Shown: positions 21,929 through 31,380 of the stretch, one piece after another
Position numbering within the stretch: position 1 is the first letter of the stretch
Layout: every line of letters begins with the position of its first letter
NCBI GenBank assembly: GCA_021825655.1
Contig: JAKAGU010000001.1
Span: 1 to 48,357 of the forward strand
Length of the DNA: 48,357 bases
Reading direction: 5' to 3'
Source of the DNA: a bacterium
Lineage (GTDB): Bacteria > Patescibacteriota > Doudnabacteria > UBA920
Notes under the pieces: generated by a model
Database searches by the model: none
Seen by the model: only the letters and a program-made list of their open reading frames with translations
What the model was told of the DNA's origin: nothing
Program-made: the position numbers and the translations under genes

Positions 21929-23950
21929 ATGAACCGTTTTGCTTTAAAAAGCAGCTACCAGCCGGCCGGGGACCAGCCCCGGGCCATCCAGCAGCTCCTC
22001 GCCTCCCTTAAGGCCAAAAACCGCTATACCACGCTTTTGGGCGTGACCGGCAGCGGCAAGACTTTTACTATGGCCAACGTGGTGGAAAAAATTCAAAAAC
22101 CCACGCTGGTTATTTCCCACAACAAGACCCTGGCTGCGCAGCTGGCCGCAGAATTTCAGGAATTTTTTCCGGACAGCGCCGTGCACTATTTCGTTTCCTA
22201 CTATGACTACTACCAGCCCGAAGCCTACATCCCCCGCTCCGACACCTACATTGAAAAAGAAACCCAGATTAACGAGGAAATCGACCGCCTCAGGAATGCG
22301 GCCACCCAGTCGCTCTTAACCCGCAAGGACGTGCTGATCGTGGCTTCCGTGTCCTGTATTTACGGCTTGGGCGACCCGGCCAACTATCTGGACCTTTCGT
22401 TTAAAATCGAATTGGGCCAAAAGCTCAAGCGCGACACCTTCCTCCGCCGCCTCACCGATTTGCAGTACCACCGCAACGACCTGGATTTACAGCGCGCCAC
22501 TTACCGCGTGCAGGGCGACACGATCGAGATTATCCTCTCCTCCGAGGACACCATCATCCGGACGGAAATGTTCGGCGACGAGGTGGAAAAAATCGAACGC
22601 CTGGATGCGGTCAGCGGCCACCGCCTGGAAAGCCTGAAAGAGTTTACCATTTTCCCGGCCAAACATTTTGTGGCGCCCGAAGAAAAAACCAAGCTGGCCA
22701 TTGAATCCATCCGCACGGAACTGGTTGAACGCTTGCGGGAGCTTAAAGCCCAAAACAAGGTTCTGGAAGCCGCCCGCCTGGAGCAGCGCACCAATTTCGA
22801 TTTGGAAATGCTTTCCAACACCGGCTTTGTGGCCGGCATTGAAAACTATTCCCGGCACATGGACGGGCGGCCTCCCGGCCAGGCGCCCTCCACCCTGATT
22901 GACTACTTTCCCGACGACTTCCTGCTGTTTATTGACGAGTCGCACCAAACCATCCCGCAAATCGGGGCCATGTACGAAGGCGACCACTCCCGCAAAGCCA
23001 CACTGATTGACTACGGCTTCAGGCTGCCGTCGGCTTTTGACAACCGGCCTTTGAAATTTACCGAGTTTGAAAAGAAAATCAACCAGGCCGTGTTTGTGTC
23101 CGCCACGCCCGGGCCCTGGGAAATTCAGCACTGCCTCAGCCAGCATAAAGATGCCGCGAAGGCCAAAGCCACCATAGTGGAACAGATTATCCGCCCCACC
23201 GGCCTGATTGACCCCACTATTGAAATTAAGCCCATAAAAAACCAGGTGGACGACCTGGTGGAGAGAATCAAGCAGCGGGTGGCCAAAGGCCAGCGCGTGC
23301 TGGCCGCCACCCTGACCAAGCGCATGGCCGAAGAACTGACCGAATATTTGACGGAAGAAGGGGTAAGGGTCCAGTACATCCACAGCGACGTGGACACGTT
23401 CGAGCGTCTGGAAATTTTGCGCGACCTGCGCTTGGGTGTTTATGACGTGCTGGTGGGTATTAACCTCCTGCGGGAAGGCCTGGATTTGCCCGAAGTCTCT
23501 TTGGTGGCCATCCTGGATGCGGACAAAGAAGGCTTTTTGCGCTCGGAGACTTTTTTCATGCAGATGATGGGCCGGGCGGCCCGCCATTTGGAAGGCCACG
23601 TGGTCATGTACGCGGACCGGATGACCGGCTCAATGCAGCGGGCCATTGAGGAAACCACCCGCCGCCGGGAAATTCAGGCCGCCTACAACCAAAAGCACCA
23701 CATTACGCCCCAGGGGATTATGAAAAAAATCGCGGACACCCGCCTGACCGGGGCAAAGCAGGAAGAAGCGCCGGCACCGGATGACCGGGATGTCACGCAA
23801 ATGGACGCGCAGGAAGTGAAGTACTACGTGGCGGAACTGGAAGAACAAATGGATCTGGCGGCCAAAAACCTGGAATTCGAACTGGCCGCGCGCCTTCGGG
23901 ACAGGATTGAAGAAGTAAAAAAACTCCGGCGCCTCAAAGGCAAAAAATAA
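21929..23950 (+). CDS. uvrB: Excinuclease ABC subunit B
   Basis: GVTGSGKT, YYDYYQPEAY, DESH, GINLLREGLD, C-terminal UVR domain; ATG 21929 follows TGtTAAACT. Confidence 0.97.
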   Translation: MNRFALKSSYQPAGDQPRAIQQLLASLKAKNRYTTLLGVTGSGKTFTMANVVEKIQKPTLVISHNKTLAAQLAAEFQEFFPDSAVHYFVSYYDYYQPEAYIPRSDTYIEKETQINEEIDRLRNAATQSLLTRKDVLIVASVSCIYGLGDPANYLDLSFKIELGQKLKRDTFLRRLTDLQYHRNDLDLQRATYRVQGDTIEIILSSEDTIIRTEMFGDEVEKIERLDAVSGHRLESLKEFTIFPAKHFVAPEEKTKLAIESIRTELVERLRELKAQNKVLEAARLEQRTNFDLEMLSNTGFVAGIENYSRHMDGRPPGQAPSTLIDYFPDDFLLFIDESHQTIPQIGAMYEGDHSRKATLIDYGFRLPSAFDNRPLKFTEFEKKINQAVFVSATPGPWEIQHCLSQHKDAAKAKATIVEQIIRPTGLIDPTIEIKPIKNQVDDLVERIKQRVAKGQRVLAATLTKRMAEELTEYLTEEGVRVQYIHSDVDTFERLEILRDLRLGVYDVLVGINLLREGLDLPEVSLVAILDADKEGFLRSETFFMQMMGRAARHLEGHVVMYADRMTGSMQRAIEETTRRREIQAAYNQKHHITPQGIMKKIADTRLTGAKQEEAPAPDDRDVTQMDAQEVKYYVAELEEQMDLAAKNLEFELAARLRDRIEEVKKLRRLKGKK

Positions 23951-23960
23951 TTCTGTATTT

Positions 23961-23992
23961 AAAAAAGCGCTTCCTTAGGGGAGCGTTTTTTT
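23961..23992. terminator. Bidirectional terminator
   Basis: aaaaaagcgcttcc/gggagcgttttttt between uvrB and the TrmB gene. Confidence 0.75.
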
Positions 23993-24739
23993 AATGGCTT
24001 GTTCATAAGGCAGGGCCGCGGTCCAGGCAAACTCATACAAAGTCTTGAGGGATTTATACACGCCATCGCTGCGAATAAGCACGGCATATAAAAACGGGTC
24101 AAAGGCAAAGAAGGCCACCTGGCCGTCAAACAAACAGTTGTCGGTAAAAAATTCCCCAATCCCCGCGGCAAATCGCTGCTGAAAAGATTCGCTGTGCTTC
24201 ATGGTTCTGGCATAAGCCAGATCGCTTGGGCTTAAAGTCAGCAGTTCCCTCACCCGCACCTGGCCCAACAGCGCCTTTTCATTGAGTCTTTTAGGAAACT
24301 CCGGAAACAAAGAAAGAATGTCGCGGATCGTGGAAAAAAACGCCACGTCTTTGGAATGGTAAATTTTTTCATACAAACCGTAGACCGCCTCGCGGCCTTC
24401 GAAAAACTGAACCTGCGGCTTTTCCTTTTTGGACGCGTCCGCATACAGCGCCTCCAGGTTCGGCAAAAATCTTTTATACAGCTCTTTCTTTTGTTCAATC
24501 TCCCCCAAGAGCTTGCCCGGGTCGCCCGCCACGTACAATTTCCTTTCGCCTTGAGGCACCACAGACACCAGTCCTCTGGCCTGCAGGCTGTCCAGCACCA
24601 CATAGGCAATGGAGCGTTTAATGCCTGCCTGGGGCGCAATGCGATAAGCCGTAGCCGGTCCCAGGGCCAGCATGGCCAAATAAACGACGGCCTCTTTTTC
24701 ACTCAGCCCGATCTTAATCAAAACCTCGGAAAGTTCCAT
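23975..24739 (-). CDS. TrmB-family transcriptional regulator (wHTH plus PLD-like C-domain)
   Basis: GLSEKEAVVYLAMLALG..TAYRIA..GIKRSIAY.VL..L..GLV; KPQVQFFEG. Confidence 0.9.
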   Translation of the reverse strand: MELSEVLIKIGLSEKEAVVYLAMLALGPATAYRIAPQAGIKRSIAYVVLDSLQARGLVSVVPQGERKLYVAGDPGKLLGEIEQKKELYKRFLPNLEALYADASKKEKPQVQFFEGREAVYGLYEKIYHSKDVAFFSTIRDILSLFPEFPKRLNEKALLGQVRVRELLTLSPSDLAYARTMKHSESFQQRFAAGIGEFFTDNCLFDGQVAFFAFDPFLYAVLIRSDGVYKSLKTLYEFAWTAALPYEQAIKKTLP

Positions 24740-24763
24740 ATTTTTGCCTTAATCCTCATTTAT

Positions 24764-24946
24764 AGTTTAGCAGGGTTAAAGAAATTCGTCAATATTTTTG
24801 ACGATTATTTTATATAAACAATTAAACCTTTAAATAAGCCTTATTTCAATAAACTATTAGTCTAAAGCATTGACTATAAGGCGTTTTTAAGGTATATTTA
24901 TTGGTTAAAAACAAATACTCTCAGGTCTTTAAGGAGGACCAAAATC
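24764..24946. promoter_or_regulatory. Divergent promoters with paired operators and SD (TrmB / barrel module 1)
   Basis: -: TTGACG-17-TAAACT; +: TTGACT 24870-17-TATATT 24893; palindromes CGTCAA-N5-TTGACG (24787-24803) and AGTCTA-N5-TTGACT (24859-24875); SD AAGGAGG 24931-24937. Confidence 0.72.
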
Positions 24947-25534
24947 ATGTCGAAACTACTGCCCGCGCTTCTTGTACTCGCAGCCGCTGCCCCGGCTCAA
25001 ACCCTGGTTACCGCAGACACCCTGGGCCAGGGCAAGTTTTCCGGTTTTGCTGCCACAAACGCCCTGCGGGTTAAAGGCTTCACCACTTTGGGCCTGTCTA
25101 TGGCTCAGGTGTGGTACGGCGCCACGGACCGTGCCGATGTCTTTGCCGGAGCCAGCGACACAGTGGCTTTCGGCCAACACCAGGCTGCGCTGATGGCTGG
25201 CGGCAACCTGAACCTGCTGAAAACCAAGCAGGTGTCGGTTTCCACTTTCCACGCGCTGTCCGTCCCCCTTACCCGGCGGGAAGACGCCTGCGGCCTCTCG
25301 TGGTTCGCCGCTGTCGTGGCCAGCCGAAGCTTCGGCAAACTGACCGCCTACACAGGCTACAGCGCCACGATCCCGCTGGGCAATACGGCGGACAAACTGT
25401 TTACCCCGGCTCAAACCGTGCACAATGTGCCCCTGGGCGTCTTTATTCCCAAAGGCAAGTGGGGTTTGTTCGTAGAATATGACTACGGCCCCAGAGTGCA
25501 GGCAGTCGGCGTAGGCATGAGCTTTACCCCATAG
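24947..25534 (+). CDS. Secreted beta-barrel-like protein 1
   Basis: Signal peptide MSKLLPALLVLAAAAPA/Q; alternating amphipathic strands; C-terminal AVGVGMSF resembles a beta-signal; strong SD. Confidence 0.7.
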   Translation: MSKLLPALLVLAAAAPAQTLVTADTLGQGKFSGFAATNALRVKGFTTLGLSMAQVWYGATDRADVFAGASDTVAFGQHQAALMAGGNLNLLKTKQVSVSTFHALSVPLTRREDACGLSWFAAVVASRSFGKLTAYTGYSATIPLGNTADKLFTPAQTVHNVPLGVFIPKGKWGLFVEYDYGPRVQAVGVGMSFTP

Positions 25535-25557
25535 GAGCAATCCTATGGGGTTTTCTT
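25526..25557 (+). terminator. Intrinsic terminator
   Basis: accccatagga-gcaa-tcctatggggt followed by tttctt. Confidence 0.88.
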
Positions 25558-25670
25558 ATAGGGCCTGTGTCAAGCCACAAAGGCCTTGATTTTTGCAGAA
25601 GTTTTTGCTAACTTATACGCTTGGTATCATCCGGATACCGTTTTTGCAATCCCAATCTAAAGGATGGAGA

Positions 25671-26312
25671 ATGAAGAAACTGCTGCTTCTCGTATTTTTG
25701 CCTGCTGTAATCGGTGCTGAGGAAAAAACCAAAGTCCCGAGCCGTACGGAAGGCGAAATCGAAGCTGCCCATGACGGCAGTTATGCTTACATGGGCGCGG
25801 GCGTGGAATTTGAACGCCCGAAACTCAACCTGTTTGCGCGCGGCTACCGCCTGACCGAAGACGGCCGCACCGCACACCAAGTGCACGTGGGTGTTGGCCG
25901 GCTCTTAAGCCTCGCCCAGAGCCGCGTCAGCCTAACGCCCGGCATAGCTTTTGTGGCCGGGGAAGAAAAGCTGAGGGGCATTGCCCTGACCCTGGACGCC
26001 GGAGCCGAATTCAAAGGCCTGATCGTGGAAGCCTCGCTGACACAGACCAACCCGATCAGCGCGGAAGGCCAGACAGCGCTCTGGCTCTACCCGTTGGCTG
26101 TAGAGCGTAAAATCAGCCGTAATTGGGGCGTGGCCGGGGTCTTGGAAACCCTTTGGACGGAGCGCGGCGCGGCCAGTGAATACGGCTTCCGGGTAATCCG
26201 GCACGACCGGTTCGGCCAATGGTACACGGGCTATATGACGGCCTCGGCCGAGCATGGCCGGGACCACCACCTGCGCTTTGGCCGCGTGTTCCTCATCGGA
26301 CGCAACAACTAA
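25671..26312 (+). CDS. Secreted beta-barrel-like protein 2
   Basis: ATG 25671 after AAGGATGGAG; signal peptide MKKLLLLVFLPAVIGA; alternating strands (YMGAGVEF, VHVGVG, LTLDAGAEF); own promoter TTGATT-17-TAACTT at 25586. Confidence 0.65.
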   Translation: MKKLLLLVFLPAVIGAEEKTKVPSRTEGEIEAAHDGSYAYMGAGVEFERPKLNLFARGYRLTEDGRTAHQVHVGVGRLLSLAQSRVSLTPGIAFVAGEEKLRGIALTLDAGAEFKGLIVEASLTQTNPISAEGQTALWLYPLAVERKISRNWGVAGVLETLWTERGAASEYGFRVIRHDRFGQWYTGYMTASAEHGRDHHLRFGRVFLIGRNN

Positions 26313-26326
26313 GCAAGCAGAGCCCT

Positions 26327-26381
26327 TGCAACCCCCGACGTTTTGCCTGAAGCTGGCAGGACACAGGGGGTTGTATTTTTT
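26327..26381 (+). terminator. Long terminator hairpin overlapping the rpsT -35 box
   Basis: tgcaaccccc/gggggttgta plus T6; TTGTAT 26371-17-TAAGCT 26394. Confidence 0.75.
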
Positions 26382-26483
26382 ACCCGAAAATGCTAAGCTA
26401 TTCAAGTCGCACCACATAATTCCTGCGTCGCAGCAGAACGATTGGTGGACGCGAAAAGCTAATTTGTAATTTCCCACTCTCTC

Positions 26484-26747
26484 ATGCCCAATACCAAATC
26501 AGCAGCCAAAGCCATGCGCCAGTCCATCAAGCGCCGCGTCCAGAACTTAACCAAAAAAGAAGCTTTTAAGAAAGCCGTTAAGGAAGTCCGGAAGCTGGTG
26601 GCCGCCGGCAAAAAGACCGAGGCCGCGGACGCCATGAAAAAAGCCATGCAGGCTTTGGACAAGGCCGTCAAAACCCGCGTAATTCACAAAAACACGGCTT
26701 CCCGCAAAAAATCCCGTTTGGCCAAAGCCATCGGCAAAATGAAATAG
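26484..26747 (+). CDS. rpsT: 30S ribosomal protein S20
   Basis: MPNTKSAAKAMRQS...IHKNTASRKKSRL. Confidence 0.97.
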   Translation: MPNTKSAAKAMRQSIKRRVQNLTKKEAFKKAVKEVRKLVAAGKKTEAADAMKKAMQALDKAVKTRVIHKNTASRKKSRLAKAIGKMK

Positions 26748-26758
26748 TTTTGTTTTTT

Positions 26759-26795
26759 AAACTCCCGCGCGTTGCTTAAACGCTCGGGAGTTTTT
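26759..26795. terminator. Terminator between rpsT and the Fic gene
   Basis: aaactcccg..gcgtt/aacgc..cgggagttttt. Confidence 0.8.
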
Positions 26796-26862
26796 ATTTA
26801 AAGAAAAGTTTGGCAATGCTGTGGACCAAAAAAGAAAGGGCAATCTTCAATTTTCGCTTCAT

Positions 26863-27858
26863 CTAGGGTTTGTTAATTAAGTTCACAATTAATTTTACCA
26901 TAACTTCTTTCTGTTCGGGCTTGCTTTCCGCAATGAGCAGGGCCAAGGCCGTCAGGGCCGAATCGTTTATCCTGCGCTCGCCTTTTTTGTTGTTTAACTG
27001 CCCGTTCTGGATTAAGTAGAGCAAAAACAGCAGGGAACCGATCCGTTTATTGCCGTCCGCAAACGGGTGGTCCTTAATGCAAAAATACAGCAAGTGCGCG
27101 GCCTTCTCTTCTAAGCTGGGGTACAGGTCTTTGCCGCCGAAAGTGTGGGAAATACTGCCTAGCACGCCCAAAAACTTCCCGCCCACTTCCTGGCCGAACA
27201 GGTTTCCGGCTTCTTTTTTTGCCACCAGCCGCGCTTTGAACTTATCTATGCTTTTCCTGATGTCTGCATACTCGAAAACTTTCGGTTTTTTCTTGCTAAC
27301 TGTGCCAGTGTCCAGTTTGCCCTTATCGTACTGGCTCAGCACAAACCAGGTATTGGTATAATCGGTGATAATGTTCAACAGGTCTTTTTCGTAACCTTCA
27401 AGCCGCCGGCTCTCCAGCGCTGCCTGGATCAAACGGTTTGCACCTTCCAGCTCTTTCAGTTTTGCTTGCAGGTTGTCCAGGTCTTTCAGCCGCTTTTCGT
27501 TTATGGCGTAGCCTTTGACCAAATAGTCCTTAAGCCTCCCTGTGGCCCATACCCTGAACTGCGTGGCCCGCTTGGAATTGACCCTGTAGCCTACCGAGAG
27601 AATAAACTCCAAATTGTAAAACTTTACCGGCTTATTAGAATTTGCAACGTGCAAAAATTGCACATTGCTTTTTTCGCTTAATTCGGAGGAATTCACGATG
27701 TTCCGGATATGTTTGGTTATGGAACTGCGGTCGGTCTGAAAAAGCGCGGCAATTTGGACTTGGGTCATCCAAACGGTTTCCCCGTCGGTTTGAACCTGCA
27801 AGTCGGTTCCCGAGTCTGCTTTGTATATTATTATTTCTCCCTTTTTTGTTTCTTCCAT
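26863..27858 (-). CDS. RhuM-family / Fic-DOC fusion protein
   Basis: ETVWMTQ..IA.LF and SVGYRVNSKRATQFR.WA (RhuM) plus HPFADGNKRIG (Fic). Confidence 0.9.
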   Translation of the reverse strand: MEETKKGEIIIYKADSGTDLQVQTDGETVWMTQVQIAALFQTDRSSITKHIRNIVNSSELSEKSNVQFLHVANSNKPVKFYNLEFILSVGYRVNSKRATQFRVWATGRLKDYLVKGYAINEKRLKDLDNLQAKLKELEGANRLIQAALESRRLEGYEKDLLNIITDYTNTWFVLSQYDKGKLDTGTVSKKKPKVFEYADIRKSIDKFKARLVAKKEAGNLFGQEVGGKFLGVLGSISHTFGGKDLYPSLEEKAAHLLYFCIKDHPFADGNKRIGSLLFLLYLIQNGQLNNKKGERRINDSALTALALLIAESKPEQKEVMVKLIVNLINKP

Positions 27859-27864
27859 ATGTTT

Positions 27865-28524
27865 TTATATTCCAAAGTTTTTTAAATTGTCCATCTCGGT
27901 CGAAACTTTTTCCTCGGTAATTTCTTCCGGCCGAATTTTGCACTCGCGAAAAAGCTGGGCCTCCACCTGCCGTAAGCCATTTTCAAACTCCAGGCGCGCT
28001 GTCTCGTCCCCGCCCATGAGCCGGTGCTTGTCTTCGTACCTCAGCCTTAAGTCTTCAAACCTTTGCTCCAGGCTAATAACCCCCAAAGGCCCCACGCGCA
28101 TATCGCTGTAGGCGCAGATTTTTTTGCCAAAGTCCGCGCTGTCCGCATTGCTTTGCCCGTGCTGGAAGCCAATGCAGTCGATAAGCTCCAAAATTCTCTG
28201 GCTTAAGCCCATCTCCCTGACAATCGCCAGTGAGGCCTGGTGTTCGTCCTTGCCGTACTTGGCGATAACTTGGTTTTTTACCTCTTGCCACAAAGCCAGG
28301 TCCTGCTTCGAAAATCTGCCCGGCAGCAGCCGGTCGGTTACGGACAAGTCGAACTTAATAATGTTCCCCATGTCATGCAACAAACAGGCGGCCAGGATAT
28401 TTGCCTCGTCGACCTTAACTGTAGAATTATCGCACAGCACCTTGGCCACGCCGGCCACTTTTAACTGATGCTCCATCAGCTGGGGCATGATGCGGTATTT
28501 TTGATAAATCTCCAGTGGCCTCAT
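27865..28524 (-). CDS. HD-domain protein
   Basis: H...VA, LLHDMGN and YSDMR motifs. Confidence 0.82.
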   Translation of the reverse strand: MRPLEIYQKYRIMPQLMEHQLKVAGVAKVLCDNSTVKVDEANILAACLLHDMGNIIKFDLSVTDRLLPGRFSKQDLALWQEVKNQVIAKYGKDEHQASLAIVREMGLSQRILELIDCIGFQHGQSNADSADFGKKICAYSDMRVGPLGVISLEQRFEDLRLRYEDKHRLMGGDETARLEFENGLRQVEAQLFRECKIRPEEITEEKVSTEMDNLKNFGI

Positions 28525-31307
28525 ACTTCCAGTTTCTCCATCTCCCCCCAGTTATCGCCCTGGCGCGCTTCCACGGTCACAGGCACTGACAGCCGGATGG
28601 CGTTTTCCATAACGGGCACCAGTTTTTTCGCCCAAGCCGCCACCGCAGCCTCTTTGACCTCAAAAAGCAGTTCGTCGTGCACCTGCAGCAGCATGCGGCA
28701 CTCATCCGTATCCGCCAGCTCTTTGGCAATATCAATCATGGCCACCTTGATCACGTCCGCGGCCAAAGACTGAATGGGGAAATTCACAGCCGCGCGTTCG
28801 GCTGCGGCGCGGACCTGCCAGCGGGAATCCCTGATTTCCGGAAACCGGCGCAGCCGGCCCAGTTCGTTTTTAACAAACCCCTCTTCGCCCACCTGCAGCT
28901 TGATTTGTTCAATATACTCTTCCACTTTGGGGTAGGCGGCAAAATATTTGGCAATAAACTCCTTAGCCTCGGCGCGGGACATGCCGCCCACGCGGCTGGA
29001 AAGACCGAAGGAAGACACGCCATACAGGATGCCGAAGTTGATGGTTTTGGCGTCCCGGCGCATATCTTTGGTCAACTTTTCCGCCGGCACTCCAAAAATT
29101 TCCATAGCCGTCTTGGCGTGAATGTCTTCGCCGTTTTTGAACACGGCCATCATTTTGGCATCCTTGGCCAAATGAGCCACCACGCGCAGTTCAATCTGGG
29201 AATAGTCTATGGACAAAAATTTACAGCCTCTGGCCGCCACAAACGCCTTGCGGATTTCACTGCCCAGGCCTTCGCCCCGCACGGGAATATTCTGCAAATT
29301 CGGGTCTGTGGAGGAGAGCCGGCCCGTGGCCGCCACGGTCTGGTTATAGCTGGTATGAATCCGCCCGTCCTGTTTGCTGACTAAATCCGGCAAAGCCATG
29401 AGGTAAGTGGACTGCAGTTTCGCCAATTCCCGGTATTCCAAAATTTTAGGGATGGCCGGATGCTGGCCCAACATTTTTTCCAAATTGTCGGCAGAGGTCG
29501 ACAGGCCGGTTTTGGTTTTGCGGTTTTCCACGGGCACCAGGCCTAATTTCTCAAACAGCACTTCTTTCAGCTGCTTGGGCGAGTTAAGGTTGAACTCTTC
29601 GCCTGTCTGCTTGTAAATTTCGTTTTCCAAGTCCTTAATCAGCACCTCTGCTTCGCCGGAAAGCCGGTTTAGGGTTTTTACGTCCAGCCCAATCCCCGCG
29701 GTTTCCATTTTGGCCAGCACTTCCACGAGCGGCATTTCAATTTCTTTAAAAATTTTGGCCAGGCCTTCGGTTTTGAGGCGCGGCTCGAACAGCTGCTTCA
29801 GCCTAAGCGTCACGTCCACGTCTTCGCAGCAATACCAGGAAACTTTGGCCGGCTCCACCCGGTCCATGGTTATCTGGTTCTTGCCCTTGCCAATCAGCTC
29901 TTCAATGGGCTGCATCTGGTAGCCCAGCTCCGAAAAAGCCAGGGCCTCAAGGTTGTGCTGGCGCGTACCCGCATTCAAAAGGTAGGAAGCAATCATGGTA
30001 TCAAAGGCCAAACCGTTTAGGGCATAGCCCGCGGCCGTTAAAACTTCCAAATCGAATTTCAAGTTATGCCCAATTTTCGCCACTTGCTGAGACGCCAAAA
30101 TTTTCTGCAACGTTTCGGCTTGGCTGAAAATTTCCGCGGGGACATAGTAGGCCTGGCCCGCGGCGGCGCATAAGCCCACGCCCACCAGCCGCGAGCTCCG
30201 CGGGTCCAAACCGCTGGTTTCCGTATCCAGCGCTAGGGCGGCCACTGTTCCGAGAAGCTTTTCCAACGCCGCCAGTTTTGCGGGCGTGTCCACTAAGCTA
30301 TACTCCTGCCGGCCAATTTTTTCCTCGTTTTCCTGGCCCGCGGCCGTTGACAGTTCCCCTGCCGCAGAGCCTTCCGGCTCCGCCCCGCCGGTTTTTAGGC
30401 CGCCGTAGCCGGGCAGTTTGGCAAGCAGGCTCCTGAACTCGAGCTCTTTAAATAACTCCAAAGTCTGTTTTTGGTGCAGGCTATCGAAATCGTAAGCCGG
30501 AACCTTAGTGTCCAGCGGCACGCTGCACACAATCTGCGACAGCTGGTAAGACTGCCGCGCCTGGGCTTCCTGCTCGGTTAACAGATTTAAGATGCGGGGC
30601 TTAATTTGGTCCCGAATTTTCTGTTCATGAATTGCCTGATACAGCCCATCCAAAGTCTTAAACTCCTTAATCAGTTCGCTGGCCGTTTTCTCCCCAATAC
30701 CTTTTACTCCCGGAATATTATCGGAAGGGTCGCCGCGCAAAGCCTTGTAGTCCACCATCTGTTCCGGCACCAGGCCATAGCGTTCGCGGACAGCCTTGGC
30801 ATCGTAAATCACGGTGTCCGTAATGCCTTTACGCATCGTATACACCTTAATCTTATGGTTGACCAGCTGCAGCGTATCCAAATCTCCGGTCACAATCAGC
30901 ACTTCCGCTTCGGGGTCAAACTTGTGGATACCCGCAGCCAGGGTGCCCAGACAGTCATCGGCTTCAAAACCCGCCCGCTCAAAAATTGGAATATTCAACG
31001 CCCTGACCACCTCTTTGACGCGAGGAATCTGGTCGTACAGCTCTTGGTCCGCCTTCACCCGCGTAGCCTTGTATTCTTTGTACTGCTCGTGCCGGAAAGT
31101 CGGGCCCGCCAAATCAAACGTACAAGCCACATGGGTGGGCTTAATGTCTTTCATGGCCTTAAGCAAAATCATGGTAAAGCCATAAACCGCATTGGTGTTT
31201 TCGCCGGATTTGGTGGCCAGCGCCGGAATGGCGTGATAACCGCGGTGGATGAGCGCATTGCCGTCCACCAGCATATACCGGCTGGTGTTGTTTTTGGGAG
31301 GAGTCAT
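28521..31307 (-). CDS. polA: DNA polymerase I
   Basis: 5'-3' exonuclease (LVDGNAL, EADD, GDPSDNIPGV), DTET 3'-5' exonuclease, DYSQIELR, LQVHDEL. Confidence 0.98.
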   Translation of the reverse strand: MTPPKNNTSRYMLVDGNALIHRGYHAIPALATKSGENTNAVYGFTMILLKAMKDIKPTHVACTFDLAGPTFRHEQYKEYKATRVKADQELYDQIPRVKEVVRALNIPIFERAGFEADDCLGTLAAGIHKFDPEAEVLIVTGDLDTLQLVNHKIKVYTMRKGITDTVIYDAKAVRERYGLVPEQMVDYKALRGDPSDNIPGVKGIGEKTASELIKEFKTLDGLYQAIHEQKIRDQIKPRILNLLTEQEAQARQSYQLSQIVCSVPLDTKVPAYDFDSLHQKQTLELFKELEFRSLLAKLPGYGGLKTGGAEPEGSAAGELSTAAGQENEEKIGRQEYSLVDTPAKLAALEKLLGTVAALALDTETSGLDPRSSRLVGVGLCAAAGQAYYVPAEIFSQAETLQKILASQQVAKIGHNLKFDLEVLTAAGYALNGLAFDTMIASYLLNAGTRQHNLEALAFSELGYQMQPIEELIGKGKNQITMDRVEPAKVSWYCCEDVDVTLRLKQLFEPRLKTEGLAKIFKEIEMPLVEVLAKMETAGIGLDVKTLNRLSGEAEVLIKDLENEIYKQTGEEFNLNSPKQLKEVLFEKLGLVPVENRKTKTGLSTSADNLEKMLGQHPAIPKILEYRELAKLQSTYLMALPDLVSKQDGRIHTSYNQTVAATGRLSSTDPNLQNIPVRGEGLGSEIRKAFVAARGCKFLSIDYSQIELRVVAHLAKDAKMMAVFKNGEDIHAKTAMEIFGVPAEKLTKDMRRDAKTINFGILYGVSSFGLSSRVGGMSRAEAKEFIAKYFAAYPKVEEYIEQIKLQVGEEGFVKNELGRLRRFPEIRDSRWQVRAAAERAAVNFPIQSLAADVIKVAMIDIAKELADTDECRMLLQVHDELLFEVKEAAVAAWAKKLVPVMENAIRLSVPVTVEARQGDNWGEMEKLEV

Positions 31308-31334
31308 GGGTTTATTATAGTGGATTTAGGGCAT

Positions 31335-31370
31335 AAAAAAAACCGGTCCGCCAGGGGGCGGACCGGTTTT
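31335..31370. terminator. Intrinsic terminator
   Basis: aaaaccggtccgcc/ggcggaccggtttt. Confidence 0.88.
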
Positions 31371-31380
31371 AATAATGTTT

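Noticed and set aside
21421-21932. ORFs 21421-21711 (-) and 21696-21932 (+), and the TTG extension of uvrB to 21899
   Set aside because: No recognisable protein features; the region is better explained by the promoter, helices and terminator of an RNA; uvrB homology starts at ATG 21929
26863-27858. RhuM-Fic gene as a novel toxin system
   Set aside because: A widespread known fusion with a canonical Fic motif and no unusual partner visible
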